A stretch of 64,000 nucleotides of DNA from Aquirufa sp. (GTDB lineage Bacteria; Bacteroidota; Bacteroidia; Cytophagales; Spirosomataceae): NCBI GenBank assembly GCA_044353355.1, contig JBILCC010000001.1:10031-74030 (forward strand), read 5' to 3'. A program made the position numbers and the translations under genes. The notes below the pieces were generated by a model. It was not told the origin of the DNA and ran no database searches. It saw only the letters and a list, made by a program, of their open reading frames with translations. This document shows, one piece after another, positions 39,463 through 49,326 of this stretch (within the stretch, counting starts at the first letter, position 1; the number at the start of each line of letters is the position of its first letter).

Positions 39463-40662
39463 ATGGCATTAGACGTAATCATTGTAGGCGGCGGCATCGT
39501 GGGCCTCGCAACGGCGCATCGCTTATTAGAGGCGAGACCTGATCTTCATATCGCTTTGTTTGAGAAAGAAAGCATGGTCTCCATGCACCAAACAGGCAAT
39601 AATTCCGGTGTGATCCACTCCGGATTGTATTACAAACCGGGTTCTTTGAAGGCCAAAAATTGCATTGAGGGTTACCATCAATTGATTGATTACTGTACAC
39701 AGGAGAATATTCCATTTGAATTAACTGGTAAAATTGTAGTCGCTTCCACACATGAGCAACGTGCACAACTAGAGACTTTGTACCAAAGAGGTCAGCAAAA
39801 CGGCCTGGATGGTTTGAAAAAATTGAGCCTAGCAGAAATGCGCGAATACGAGCCGCATGTTACGGGTGTAGAAGGGATGTTCGTTCCTCAAACAGGCATC
39901 GTGGATTACCGAGCAGTAGCTGCGAAATTAGCCGTAGGAACCCAAATCAAGGGTTGCGAAATGCACTTAAGTGAGCAAGTGATTGATATCAAGAAAGGAT
40001 TGACCTTCTCGATCGTGGAGACGACGAAGTCAGTCTATGAGGCAAAATTAGTGATCAACTGTGCGGGTCTTTATTCCGATAAAGTAGCGCAGATGACCCA
40101 AAAAGAACCTCTGGATGTACGCATCGTACCATTCCGTGGGGAATATTTCAAGTTGAGAAAAGAGAAAGAATACCTAGTCAAGAACCTGATTTACCCAGTG
40201 CCAGACCCCAATTTCCCGTTCTTAGGCGTTCACTTCACCCGTATGATGAAAGGTGGCGTGGAGGCAGGTCCGAATGCGGTTTTGGCCTTTAAGAAAGAGG
40301 GTTACAAGAAATTAGGGATAGATGTGAAGGAACTTTGGGATACCTTAACCTGGCCTGGATTCCAAAAAGTAGCGGTGAAATACTGGGAAACGGGTTTAGG
40401 CGAAATGTACCGCAGCTTCTCAAAAGAGGCCTTTACGAAAGCGTTACAAGTCTTAATTCCAGAGATTCAAATCAATGATTTAGTCGAAGGCGGCGCGGGT
40501 GTCAGAGCTCAAGCTTGCGATAGAGATGGTGGATTATTAGATGATTTCTCGATCGTGGAAGACGCGAAAGTGATCAATGTGTTGAATGCGCCTAGTCCGG
40601 CGGCGACCTCCTCTTTAGCGATTGGAAAAACCATCTCCGAGATGGCCTTAAGTAGATTCTAA
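39463..40662 (+). CDS. lhgO: L-2-hydroxyglutarate oxidase
   Basis: GGGIVG FAD motif; HQTGNNSGVIHSGLYY; YPVPDPNFPFLGVHFT; NAPSPAATSSL. Confidence 0.95.
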   Translation: MALDVIIVGGGIVGLATAHRLLEARPDLHIALFEKESMVSMHQTGNNSGVIHSGLYYKPGSLKAKNCIEGYHQLIDYCTQENIPFELTGKIVVASTHEQRAQLETLYQRGQQNGLDGLKKLSLAEMREYEPHVTGVEGMFVPQTGIVDYRAVAAKLAVGTQIKGCEMHLSEQVIDIKKGLTFSIVETTKSVYEAKLVINCAGLYSDKVAQMTQKEPLDVRIVPFRGEYFKLRKEKEYLVKNLIYPVPDPNFPFLGVHFTRMMKGGVEAGPNAVLAFKKEGYKKLGIDVKELWDTLTWPGFQKVAVKYWETGLGEMYRSFSKEAFTKALQVLIPEIQINDLVEGGAGVRAQACDRDGGLLDDFSIVEDAKVINVLNAPSPAATSSLAIGKTISEMALSRF

Positions 40663-40667
40663 AAAAT

Positions 40668-42416
40668 ATGAAATTATTACTGAATTATTTAAAAGTATAC
40701 CGCTGGAGAGTGGTAGGGGCCTTGGCCCTGGCAGCCACAAACCAGATCTTCTCGTTGATGGATCCCTATATTTTCAGGAAGATCATCGACGATGTGGCGG
40801 CGGTGTACCGCTCGGATACGCACACGATGGACCAGTTCGTGGCGGCGATTTGGCCTTTGGCCTTAGCGTCCGTAGGCGTAGCTTTCGTAAGCCGAGTAGC
40901 AAAAAACTTTCAGGATTATTTCATCAATACGGTTACCCAAAAAGTAGGCGCAAACCTCTATTCAGACGGCATTCGCCACTCTTTAGAATTACCTTACGAG
41001 ACGTTTGAGGACCAAAGATCAGGCGAGACCCTGGGTAAACTCCAAAAAGTCCGCACGGACGTTGAAAAGCTGATTACTCTAGGAATTAACATTTTATTCC
41101 AATCGATTATTGCCTTGATCTTCATCTCGGTCTATGCTTTTTCTGTGCATTGGATGGTGATGCCCCTTTTCTTAATCACGGGTCCACTAATCGGTTACGT
41201 ATCGTCCGTATTAAGTAAGAAGATCAAAGTGATTCAGATCGAAATCGTAAAAGAATCGACAGGGCTGGCAGGATCAACGACGGAATCCTTGCGCAATATT
41301 GAGTTAGTTAAATCACTGGGTTTAGCAGAGCAAGAGATCGCCCACTTAAATGCGACGACGGAGAAAATCCTGAAATTAGAGTTAAAGAAAGTGCGTTACG
41401 TGCGTTCGATGGCCTTTGTTCAAGGAACTTGTGTGAACTTGTTGCGCATGCTGATGGTGGTCGTGTTGATCTACTTGATCTACGAGGGAAAGATCACGAT
41501 CGGTCAATTCTATTCGTTGAATATTTATTCGTTCTTCCTCTTTAACCCCTTGCAAGAGATTGGTAATGTGGTGAATACCTACCGCGAGGCAGAGGTGTCT
41601 CTCCAAAATTTCGAGCAGGTGTTAAGTATTCCATCGGAGAAGAAGCCTACAAACCCGAAGGCTATTTCGTCTATTCAGGAATTGAAGTTCGATCACGTTT
41701 CGTTCAAACACCAGTCTGCCACGACGGAAGCTTTGGACGGAATCACGTTCTCCGTAAAAGGCGGCGAGACGATTGCTTTTGTGGGGCCTTCAGGCGCCGG
41801 AAAGTCGACTTTAGTAAAATTATTGGTTGGTCTTTATCGTCCTAAAAAAGGGCAAGTATACTACAACGGCGAACCAAGTGACGCGATCGATTTTGATGAG
41901 CTGCGCAAGAAGATCGGTTTTGTCACCCAAGACACGCAATTGTTCTCCGGTTCAATTCGCGAGAACTTGTTGTTTGTTAACCCGAACGCGACGGACGCAC
42001 AATGTATGGCCGTGTTGGAAAAGGCTGCCTGCCAAACTTTATTAGCCAGAGCCGATAAAGGACTGGATTCCTTGATCGGGGAGGGTGGCGTCAAAGTGTC
42101 CGGCGGCGAGAAGCAGCGCTTGAGTATTGCGCGCGCCTTGTTGCGTGATCCTAATTTGTTGGTTTTTGATGAGGCGACTTCGGCGTTGGATTCTTTGACT
42201 GAAGAAGAAATTTCCGAGACGATTCGTTCTTTATCTGTTGATACGGAGCACCTTACGATCCTGATTGCGCACCGTTTATCCACGGTGATGCACGCGACTC
42301 GGATCTATGTGTTAGAGAAAGGACAGATTGTAGAGCAGGGCTCGCACGACGATTTAGTGGCGAGCAAAGGTTTGTATTTTGCGATGTGGAGACAGCAGGT
42401 AGGAGAAAACAAATAA
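40668..42416 (+). CDS. ABC exporter, fused permease/ATPase
   Basis: TM domain plus GPSGAGKS, VSGGEKQR, DEATSALD, IAHRLST. Confidence 0.95.
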   Translation: MKLLLNYLKVYRWRVVGALALAATNQIFSLMDPYIFRKIIDDVAAVYRSDTHTMDQFVAAIWPLALASVGVAFVSRVAKNFQDYFINTVTQKVGANLYSDGIRHSLELPYETFEDQRSGETLGKLQKVRTDVEKLITLGINILFQSIIALIFISVYAFSVHWMVMPLFLITGPLIGYVSSVLSKKIKVIQIEIVKESTGLAGSTTESLRNIELVKSLGLAEQEIAHLNATTEKILKLELKKVRYVRSMAFVQGTCVNLLRMLMVVVLIYLIYEGKITIGQFYSLNIYSFFLFNPLQEIGNVVNTYREAEVSLQNFEQVLSIPSEKKPTNPKAISSIQELKFDHVSFKHQSATTEALDGITFSVKGGETIAFVGPSGAGKSTLVKLLVGLYRPKKGQVYYNGEPSDAIDFDELRKKIGFVTQDTQLFSGSIRENLLFVNPNATDAQCMAVLEKAACQTLLARADKGLDSLIGEGGVKVSGGEKQRLSIARALLRDPNLLVFDEATSALDSLTEEEISETIRSLSVDTEHLTILIAHRLSTVMHATRIYVLEKGQIVEQGSHDDLVASKGLYFAMWRQQVGENK

Positions 42417-42486
42417 TTAATTTTGCTTTTTCTATAATCACCAAAGATTCTTTGGCATAATTAACCTGTCTACAAATCGAATTGCG

Positions 42487-42494
42487 TATATTTG
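42487..42494 (+). promoter_or_regulatory. -7 element of the ilvD operon
   Basis: TATATTTG 26 nt before the ATG. Confidence 0.65.
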
Positions 42495-42520
42495 TTGTTT
42501 GAAAAAATTTCTTAAACCCT

Positions 42521-44197
42521 ATGTCATTAAATAAGTATTCACGGACATTAACTCAGGAAGTATCTAATCCCGCTGCAAAAGCGATGCTCTACGGTATCGG
42601 CTTAACATCAGAGGATATGAACAAAGCCCAAATCGGTATCGCAAGTACGGGTTACGAAGGCAACACCTGCAACATGCACTTGAATGGCTTATCTGTTCAC
42701 GTGAAAAAAGGGATCCAAGAGAATGGAATGGTTGGTTTGATCTTCCACACAATCGGGGTTTCGGACGGAATGACGAACGGAAATGATGGGATGAGCTATT
42801 CGTTGCCATCACGTGATATCATCGCAGATTCCATAGAAAATGTGGTAGGGGCACAATGGTATGATGGCGTTATCGCGGTCGTAGGTTGTGATAAGAATAT
42901 GCCAGGTGCCATGATGGCGATGGCGCGTTTGAATCGCCCAGGGATGCTAGTGTATGGCGGAACGATTCGCAGCGGTTCTTACAAAGGAGAGAAATTAGAC
43001 ATCGTTTCGGCATTCGAAGCTTTGGGAAAAAAATATGCAGGAACTATTTCTGACGAGGATTATGAAGGTGTCATTCGCAATTCAATCCCGGGAGCAGGAG
43101 CCTGTGGTGGTATGTACACAGCGAACACGATGGCTTCCTCGATGGAAGCGATGGGCTTAGTACTACCTAATTCATCGACCTATCCTGCCACACACGAAGG
43201 CAAGAAAGAGGAGTGCTTAGCAATAGGCGCGGCGATGAAAGTGTTATTAGAGAAAAACATCTGTACACGTGACATCATGACGCGCAAGGCATTCGAGAAT
43301 GCGATGACGGTGGTGATGGCCTTAGGAGGTTCTACTAACGCGGTGCTTCACTATTTAGCGATTGCACACGCCGCAGGAATCACGTTTACCTTGAAAGATA
43401 TCCAAGATATTTCTGATCGTACGCCTTTGATCGCAGACTTAAAGCCAAGTGGTAAATACTACATGGAAGACGTGTTAGCGATCGGTGGAATGCCAGCGAT
43501 TTTGAAATATTTGCACAGTGTGGGCTTGTTGCACGGCGATTGTTTAACGGTGACAGGAAAGACGATGGCGGAGAATCTAGCGGAGGCTCCTGACTTGAAT
43601 TTTGACACCCAAAAAATCATTTTCCCGATCACTCAACCATTGAAACCATCAGGTCACTTGCAGATCTTGTATGGTAATTTAGCTCCAGGCGGTGCCGTAG
43701 CGAAGATTACGGGTAAGGAAGGCGAGCGTTTTGAGGGTATTGCTAAAGTCTGTGAGCGCGAAGAAGAGGTGATTGAATACATCTCTAAAGGGGAAATCAA
43801 AGCAGGTCACGTCATCGTGATTCGCAATGAAGGGCCTAAAGGTGGTCCAGGTATGCCAGAAATGTTAAAGCCAACTTCGGCCGTTATCGGTGCCGGTCTA
43901 GGAAACTCGGTAGCGATGATCACGGATGGTCGTTTCTCTGGAGGTACACACGGATTTGTAGTAGGACACGTGACGCCAGAAGCACAAGAAGGTGGTCCAA
44001 TCGGCTTAGTGAAAGACGGTGACAAGATTACGATTGATGCGGTAAACAATACCTTGGTGTTGCACGTATCGGAGGAAGAATTAGCAGAACGCAAGAAGAA
44101 TTGGAAGCCTATTGAGTCTCCATTTAAGCAAGGTGTTCTACGTAAATATATTAAAAACGTATCCTCTGCTAGTCAGGGATGTGTGACGGATTTATAA
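42521..44197 (+). CDS. ilvD: Dihydroxy-acid dehydratase
   Basis: [31 protein letters not shown]. Confidence 0.98.
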   Translation: MSLNKYSRTLTQEVSNPAAKAMLYGIGLTSEDMNKAQIGIASTGYEGNTCNMHLNGLSVHVKKGIQENGMVGLIFHTIGVSDGMTNGNDGMSYSLPSRDIIADSIENVVGAQWYDGVIAVVGCDKNMPGAMMAMARLNRPGMLVYGGTIRSGSYKGEKLDIVSAFEALGKKYAGTISDEDYEGVIRNSIPGAGACGGMYTANTMASSMEAMGLVLPNSSTYPATHEGKKEECLAIGAAMKVLLEKNICTRDIMTRKAFENAMTVVMALGGSTNAVLHYLAIAHAAGITFTLKDIQDISDRTPLIADLKPSGKYYMEDVLAIGGMPAILKYLHSVGLLHGDCLTVTGKTMAENLAEAPDLNFDTQKIIFPITQPLKPSGHLQILYGNLAPGGAVAKITGKEGERFEGIAKVCEREEEVIEYISKGEIKAGHVIVIRNEGPKGGPGMPEMLKPTSAVIGAGLGNSVAMITDGRFSGGTHGFVVGHVTPEAQEGGPIGLVKDGDKITIDAVNNTLVLHVSEEELAERKKNWKPIESPFKQGVLRKYIKNVSSASQGCVTDL

Positions 44198-44279
44198 GAA
44201 AATAATTTTTTTATCTATCCAGAAGGCTTAAATTGAGTTTTCTATTACATTGAGACAGAATTTTTGAAAATTGTTAACC

Positions 44280-46022
44280 ATGGGACAAACCCAAACTCAA
44301 ACCGAAGCAGCTAATCAACCTGGCCAAAAGAAATTTTTGTCTGGCGCCCAAGCTATCATGCAATCATTGGTAGAGCAGGGTGTGGACACGATTTTTGGTT
44401 ACCCAGGTGGTGCCATTATGCCTACCTATGATGCGCTTTACGATTACCAAGATCGCCTGAAACATATTTTAGTGCGCCACGAACAAGGTGCAGGACATGC
44501 TGCACAAGGCTATGCCCGCATGCTAAACAAGGCAGGCGTTTGCATGGTGACTTCTGGTCCTGGGGCTACGAACTTAATCACCCCTATCGCGGATGCGATG
44601 TTGGATTCAACTCCTTTGGTGTGTATCGTCGGTCAAGTAAAAGGAAATTTATTGGGAACCGATGCGTTCCAAGAATGCGATTTGATCGGTATCTCGATGC
44701 CTGTGACGAAGTGGAACTACCAAGTCGTTGATGCGAATGAGATCCCTGAGATCATGGCGAAAGCCTTCTACATCGCAGAAACAGGGCGTCCTGGCCCCGT
44801 ATTAATTGATATCACACGTACGGCTCAAACAGATTTGATGACCGTTCCATTCGAATACAAACCATGCACCTCGATTATTTCTTATAAACCTCGCGTAGAG
44901 CCTAAGGCCGAACACGTGGAGGCGGCTGCGAAATTAATCAACGGCGCAAAACGTCCGTATATCTTAGCCGGTCATGGAATTATCATTTCGGGCGCGGAAA
45001 AAGAATTAAATGATTTTGTAGATAAAACGGGCATTCCCGTAGCGACTACCTTATTAGGCATGTCCTCTATGGATGCTGATCACCCGCTTTATGTAGGCTG
45101 GCCGGGTATGCACGGAAACTATGGAGCGAACGTTTTAACGAACTCTTGCGATGTTTTAATCGCGATCGGTATGCGTTTTGATGATCGTATCACGGGAGAT
45201 TTAGCCACCTATGCGAAGCAAGCGAAAGTGGTACATATTGAAATTGACCCGAGTGAAGTAGATAAAAATGTGAAAGCAGATGCTCCTGTTGTGGGCGATG
45301 CGAAAGCTGCTTTAAAGGCACTTTTGCCTTTAGTGAACAAAGCTGATCACAGTGAATGGAGGGCAGAATTTAAGAAATACGACGACGAGGAGTATGAAAA
45401 AATAACCTTGAAAGACTTATTCCATGAAGGAGATAAGATCAAGATGGGCGAAGCAATTAATTTCTTGTCAGAAAAAACGAAAGGGGAAGCCGTTGTCGTA
45501 ACTGACGTAGGTCAGCACCAAATGATTACGAATCGCTATTACCGATTCAAAAAGCGCAATTCAATTGTTACATCAGGTGGCGCAGGAACGATGGGCTTTG
45601 CTTTGCCAGCCGCTTTTGGCGCGAAGGTAGCAGTGCCACAACGCGAGGTAGTGGCGGTCATCGGTGATGGTGGTTTCCAGATGACTTTGCAAGAATTAGG
45701 TACGATCGCGCAAAGTGGTTTACCAGTGAAAATAATCATCTTGAATAATAACTTCTTAGGCATGGTGCGCCAATGGCAGCAATTGTTCTTTGATAACCGT
45801 TATTCATTCGTTGAATTGCAGAACCCTGATTTTATTACGATTGCGAAAGGTTTTGGCATCGCGGGGCACACCGTGTCGGATCGGGCGGAATTAAGCGATT
45901 CATTAGATACTTTATTGAATTCAGATAAGCCTTATCTGTTAGAAATCGTTTGTGAAAAAGAGGAAAATGTATTCCCCATGGTACCTGCTGGTGGCTGTGT
46001 AACCAGTGTGAGGCTAGAATAA
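44280..46022 (+). CDS. ilvB: Acetolactate synthase large subunit
   Basis: FGYPGGAI, RHEQGA, TSGPGATN, GDGGFQM, LGMVRQWQ; ATG at 44280. Confidence 0.97.
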   Translation: MGQTQTQTEAANQPGQKKFLSGAQAIMQSLVEQGVDTIFGYPGGAIMPTYDALYDYQDRLKHILVRHEQGAGHAAQGYARMLNKAGVCMVTSGPGATNLITPIADAMLDSTPLVCIVGQVKGNLLGTDAFQECDLIGISMPVTKWNYQVVDANEIPEIMAKAFYIAETGRPGPVLIDITRTAQTDLMTVPFEYKPCTSIISYKPRVEPKAEHVEAAAKLINGAKRPYILAGHGIIISGAEKELNDFVDKTGIPVATTLLGMSSMDADHPLYVGWPGMHGNYGANVLTNSCDVLIAIGMRFDDRITGDLATYAKQAKVVHIEIDPSEVDKNVKADAPVVGDAKAALKALLPLVNKADHSEWRAEFKKYDDEEYEKITLKDLFHEGDKIKMGEAINFLSEKTKGEAVVVTDVGQHQMITNRYYRFKKRNSIVTSGGAGTMGFALPAAFGAKVAVPQREVVAVIGDGGFQMTLQELGTIAQSGLPVKIIILNNNFLGMVRQWQQLFFDNRYSFVELQNPDFITIAKGFGIAGHTVSDRAELSDSLDTLLNSDKPYLLEIVCEKEENVFPMVPAGGCVTSVRLE

Positions 46023-46024
46023 TT

Positions 46025-46561
46025 ATGTTAACGAATTACACTATTTCTGTTTTTACTACCAATACGGTCGGTTTATTGAATCGCATCACGATTATTTTCA
46101 CGCGTCGTCGAGTAAATATCGAGAGTTTGACGGTTTCAGAGACAGAGCGTAAAGGCGTATCTCGTTTCACGATCGTGATTAAACACGAAAACCGGGAATT
46201 TGTAGAAAAATTAGTTCGCCAAATCCGTAAAGTCACAGACGTTCTCGCGGTGTTTGGTTACCTAGATGACGAAATCGTGTTTAACGAAATCGGCTTATTT
46301 AAGATTGCCACTCCGCTAGGAGGAACTCCTGTGGATGTGAAGACGATTAATTTAGATTGGAATGCAAAAATTGTGCACTTTGGACTAGATTATGTAGTTG
46401 TAGAAAAGAATGGATCAGAAGAAGAAATTCAAGAGTTTTATGCCTATTTAAAGAAATGGGAAATTTTAGAGTACGTTAAGTCGGGTCGTGTTGCCGTAGG
46501 TAAAACAGAGAAAGGCTTAGTGGAGTTTTTGCCGGAAGAAGGCAATTGGGAAATTGTGTAA
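46025..46561 (+). CDS. ilvN: Acetolactate synthase small subunit
   Basis: ACT domain GLLNRI..IF.RR..NIESL; between ilvB and ilvC. Confidence 0.93.
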   Translation: MLTNYTISVFTTNTVGLLNRITIIFTRRRVNIESLTVSETERKGVSRFTIVIKHENREFVEKLVRQIRKVTDVLAVFGYLDDEIVFNEIGLFKIATPLGGTPVDVKTINLDWNAKIVHFGLDYVVVEKNGSEEEIQEFYAYLKKWEILEYVKSGRVAVGKTEKGLVEFLPEEGNWEIV

Positions 46562-46594
46562 TCGAAAAACGAATATAAATTAAATAACAAAAAA

Positions 46595-47638
46595 ATGGCA
46601 AAGATTAATTTCGGTGGAGTTGTTGAAGACATCGTAACAAGAGAAGAGTTTCCATTAGAGAAAGCTAGACAAGTATTAGCTGATCAAACGATTGCAGTAA
46701 TCGGATATGGAGTTCAAGGTCCTGGGCAAGCGTTAAACATGAAAGACAATGGTCTGAATGTAATCGTAGGTCAACGTAAAGGCAAAACCTATGACAAAGC
46801 TGTCGCTGACGGTTGGGTTCCAGGTGTAACTTTATTTGAAATCGAAGAAGCGTTAGAAAAAGGAACCATCATCTGTTACTTACTTTCTGATGCCGCTCAA
46901 ATCGAATTATGGCCTACAGTGAAGAAATATTTAACGGCTGGAAAGTCACTTTATTTCTCTCACGGTTTTGGAATTACCTACAAAGAGAAAACGGGTATCA
47001 TTCCTCCAGCAGACGTGGACGTTTTCTTAGCTGCACCTAAAGGTTCAGGTACTTCATTACGTCGTTTATTTGTGGCAGGTAAAGGTTTGAACTCTTCGTT
47101 CGCCGTTTACCAAGATGCAACAGGTAAAGCGCGTGAGAAATGTATCGCCATGGCGATTGGTGTAGGTTCTGGTTATTTATTTGAGACTGATTTCTACAAA
47201 GAAGTAACGTCTGACTTAACAGGTGAGCGTGGTACATTAATGGGTGCTATCCAAGGTATCTTCGCAGCACAATACGAAGTATTACGTGCGAATGGTCACT
47301 CTCCATCAGAAGCATTCAACGAAACAGTAGAAGAATTAACACAGTCATTAATGCCATTAGTGGCTGAAAATGGAATGGATTGGATGTATGCAAATTGTTC
47401 TACTACGGCGCAACGTGGTGCTTTGGATTGGTGGAAGCCTTTCCGTGATGCAACTAAGCCAGTGTTCGAGAAATTATATAACTCAGTTAAAACACAAGCT
47501 GAAGCAGAGCGTTCAATTACGTTAAACTCACAACCGGATTACCGCGTGAAATTAGAAGCTGAATTGAAAGAAATGCGTGATTCAGAAATGTGGAGAGCAG
47601 GAGCTGCAGTTCGTAGCTTGCGCCCAGAGAATAACTAA
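46595..47638 (+). CDS. ilvC: Ketol-acid reductoisomerase
   Basis: IGYGVQG, SHGF, SDLTGERG.LMG, CSTTAQRGALDW. Confidence 0.97.
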   Translation: MAKINFGGVVEDIVTREEFPLEKARQVLADQTIAVIGYGVQGPGQALNMKDNGLNVIVGQRKGKTYDKAVADGWVPGVTLFEIEEALEKGTIICYLLSDAAQIELWPTVKKYLTAGKSLYFSHGFGITYKEKTGIIPPADVDVFLAAPKGSGTSLRRLFVAGKGLNSSFAVYQDATGKAREKCIAMAIGVGSGYLFETDFYKEVTSDLTGERGTLMGAIQGIFAAQYEVLRANGHSPSEAFNETVEELTQSLMPLVAENGMDWMYANCSTTAQRGALDWWKPFRDATKPVFEKLYNSVKTQAEAERSITLNSQPDYRVKLEAELKEMRDSEMWRAGAAVRSLRPENN

Positions 47639-47656
47639 GTTTCCCTTTTGGGATTT

Positions 47657-47693
47657 GAAAGAGGGTAGATACTTTACGTGTCTGCCCTTTTTT
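47657..47693 (+). terminator. Intrinsic terminator after ilvC
   Basis: GAGGGTAGATAC...GTGTCTGCCCTT followed by a T-run. Confidence 0.82.
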
Positions 47694-47861
47694 GTTTCAT
47701 ATTTTATCTGTAAAATTTGATCCTTCCCTTAAAAAAATGCAAAATTTAATTTTCTGACGATGTTTTGTATTTTAGATTAATGATCTTTTTTATTTCCATT
47801 TTAAGGATTTTAAATAGTTATTTAATCTTATTTTCATGAATATTAAGATTTTTAATCTGAA

Positions 47862-47900
47862 CTTTGGTCTTTGCTCTTTGAGCTTTGTTTGTTCGCAAAC
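47862..47900. repeat. CTTTGnn heptamer x4 with a UUCG mini-hairpin upstream of leuA
   Basis: CTTTGGT CTTTGCT CTTTGAG CTTTGTT; GTTTG-TTCG-CAAAC. Confidence 0.6.
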
Positions 47901-47945
47901 TGAATTAGATGTAATTTCACATCGAAATAAAACACCTAAAATCAG

Positions 47946-49085
47946 ATGAGTAACCGCATTCAAATTTTTGATACCACCTTACGTGACGGCGAACAAGTTC
48001 CCGGCTGCCAATTAAACCGAGAGGAAAAAGTAGAAGTTGCTTTACAACTCGAGTTGCTAGGGGTAGATATCATTGAAGCAGGTTTTCCCATCTCATCGCC
48101 GGGTGATTTTGCCTCAGTTCAAGCCATTTGTGATGCGGTTAAGGAACCCACAATTTGTGCCTTAACGCGAGCTAAAAAAGAAGATATCGATGCCGCAGTT
48201 GCTGCCCTTAAATCTGCACGCAAGCCACGTATTCATACAGGTATCGGTTCATCGGATGTTCACATCAAACATAAATTCAATTCAACACGCGAAGAAATAA
48301 TCGAACGCGGGGTTTGGGCTGTGAAGTATGCCAAATCATTCGTAGAAGATGTCGAGTTTTTTGCAGAAGATGCCGGAAGAGCGGATTTGGCATTTTTAGC
48401 GCAGTTGACTCGTGAAGTCATCAAAGCTGGAGCAACAGTCGTAAACCTTCCAGATACAACCGGTTATTTGTTACCTCATGTGATGCATGATCGCATAAAG
48501 TATTTATACGAAAACGTTGATAATATTCACCAGGCTACGATTTCGATGCATAATCATAATGACTTAGGCTTAGCCACAGCGAATACCATTGCGGGTATTC
48601 AGGCCGGTGCGCGTCAAGTCGAAGTAACGATAAATGGTATAGGAGAGCGAGCTGGCAATACATCTTTGGAAGAAATTGCCATGATTTTAAATGTGCACAA
48701 GGATTTGGGTTTCACAACAGGTATTAAACCAAAATATTTGTACCCAACCAGTACGCTTGTTTCTAATTTAATGGGAATGCACGTGCAGCCGAATAAGGCA
48801 GTCGTAGGAGCAAATGCTTTTGCGCATTCGTCAGGAATTCATCAAGATGGTTTCTTAAAGCATGCACAAAACTATGAGATTATGAATCCTGAGGACGTAG
48901 GAGTTTCATCTTCAGCGATTTTATTAACCTCCCGCTCAGGTCGCGCTGCCTTGCGCCACCGGTTGACTATCTTGGGTTTCGATTTTGAGAAGCCGGAATT
49001 AGATAAAATCTATACACGCTTTTTATTGATGGCGGATGAGAGGAAGATGATTCATGATGAAGATCTTAAGGAACTTGTGGGGTAA
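47946..49085 (+). CDS. leuA: 2-isopropylmalate synthase, short form
   Basis: FDTTLRDGEQ, HNHNDLGLA.AN, GIGERAGN, HSSGIHQDG; 379 aa. Confidence 0.95.
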   Translation: MSNRIQIFDTTLRDGEQVPGCQLNREEKVEVALQLELLGVDIIEAGFPISSPGDFASVQAICDAVKEPTICALTRAKKEDIDAAVAALKSARKPRIHTGIGSSDVHIKHKFNSTREEIIERGVWAVKYAKSFVEDVEFFAEDAGRADLAFLAQLTREVIKAGATVVNLPDTTGYLLPHVMHDRIKYLYENVDNIHQATISMHNHNDLGLATANTIAGIQAGARQVEVTINGIGERAGNTSLEEIAMILNVHKDLGFTTGIKPKYLYPTSTLVSNLMGMHVQPNKAVVGANAFAHSSGIHQDGFLKHAQNYEIMNPEDVGVSSSAILLTSRSGRAALRHRLTILGFDFEKPELDKIYTRFLLMADERKMIHDEDLKELVG

Positions 49086-49093
49086 TTTTAATT

Positions 49094-49318
49094 TAAAGAG
49101 TAGAGCATAAAGCACAAAGAATAAAGTCGGAATCCCCTGCGGGGATGAACTTCAGAAATGTTTTCTTCAGACTCATTCACATTTCATACGATAAAAAAAA
49201 GGGAACTTCTGTTCCCTTTTTTTTATGCCATCTCTATGCTTTATTCTTTATTCTTTATTTCTATGCTTTCGTCTCTAATCTATACTCTCTAATCTATACT
49301 CTCCTCTCTCCACTCTCT
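49094..49318. repeat. Inverted heptamer arrays around the leuA/mscS terminator
   Basis: TAAAGAG TAGAGCA TAAAGCA CAAAGAA TAAAGTC (49094-49128) vs TGCTTTA TTCTTTA TTCTTTA...CTCTCTA ATCTATA (49230-49318). Confidence 0.65.
49193..49224. terminator. Bidirectional terminator between leuA and mscS
   Basis: A8-GGGAAC-TTCT-GTTCCC-T8. Confidence 0.88.
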
Positions 49319-49326
49319 TGCGGCCG

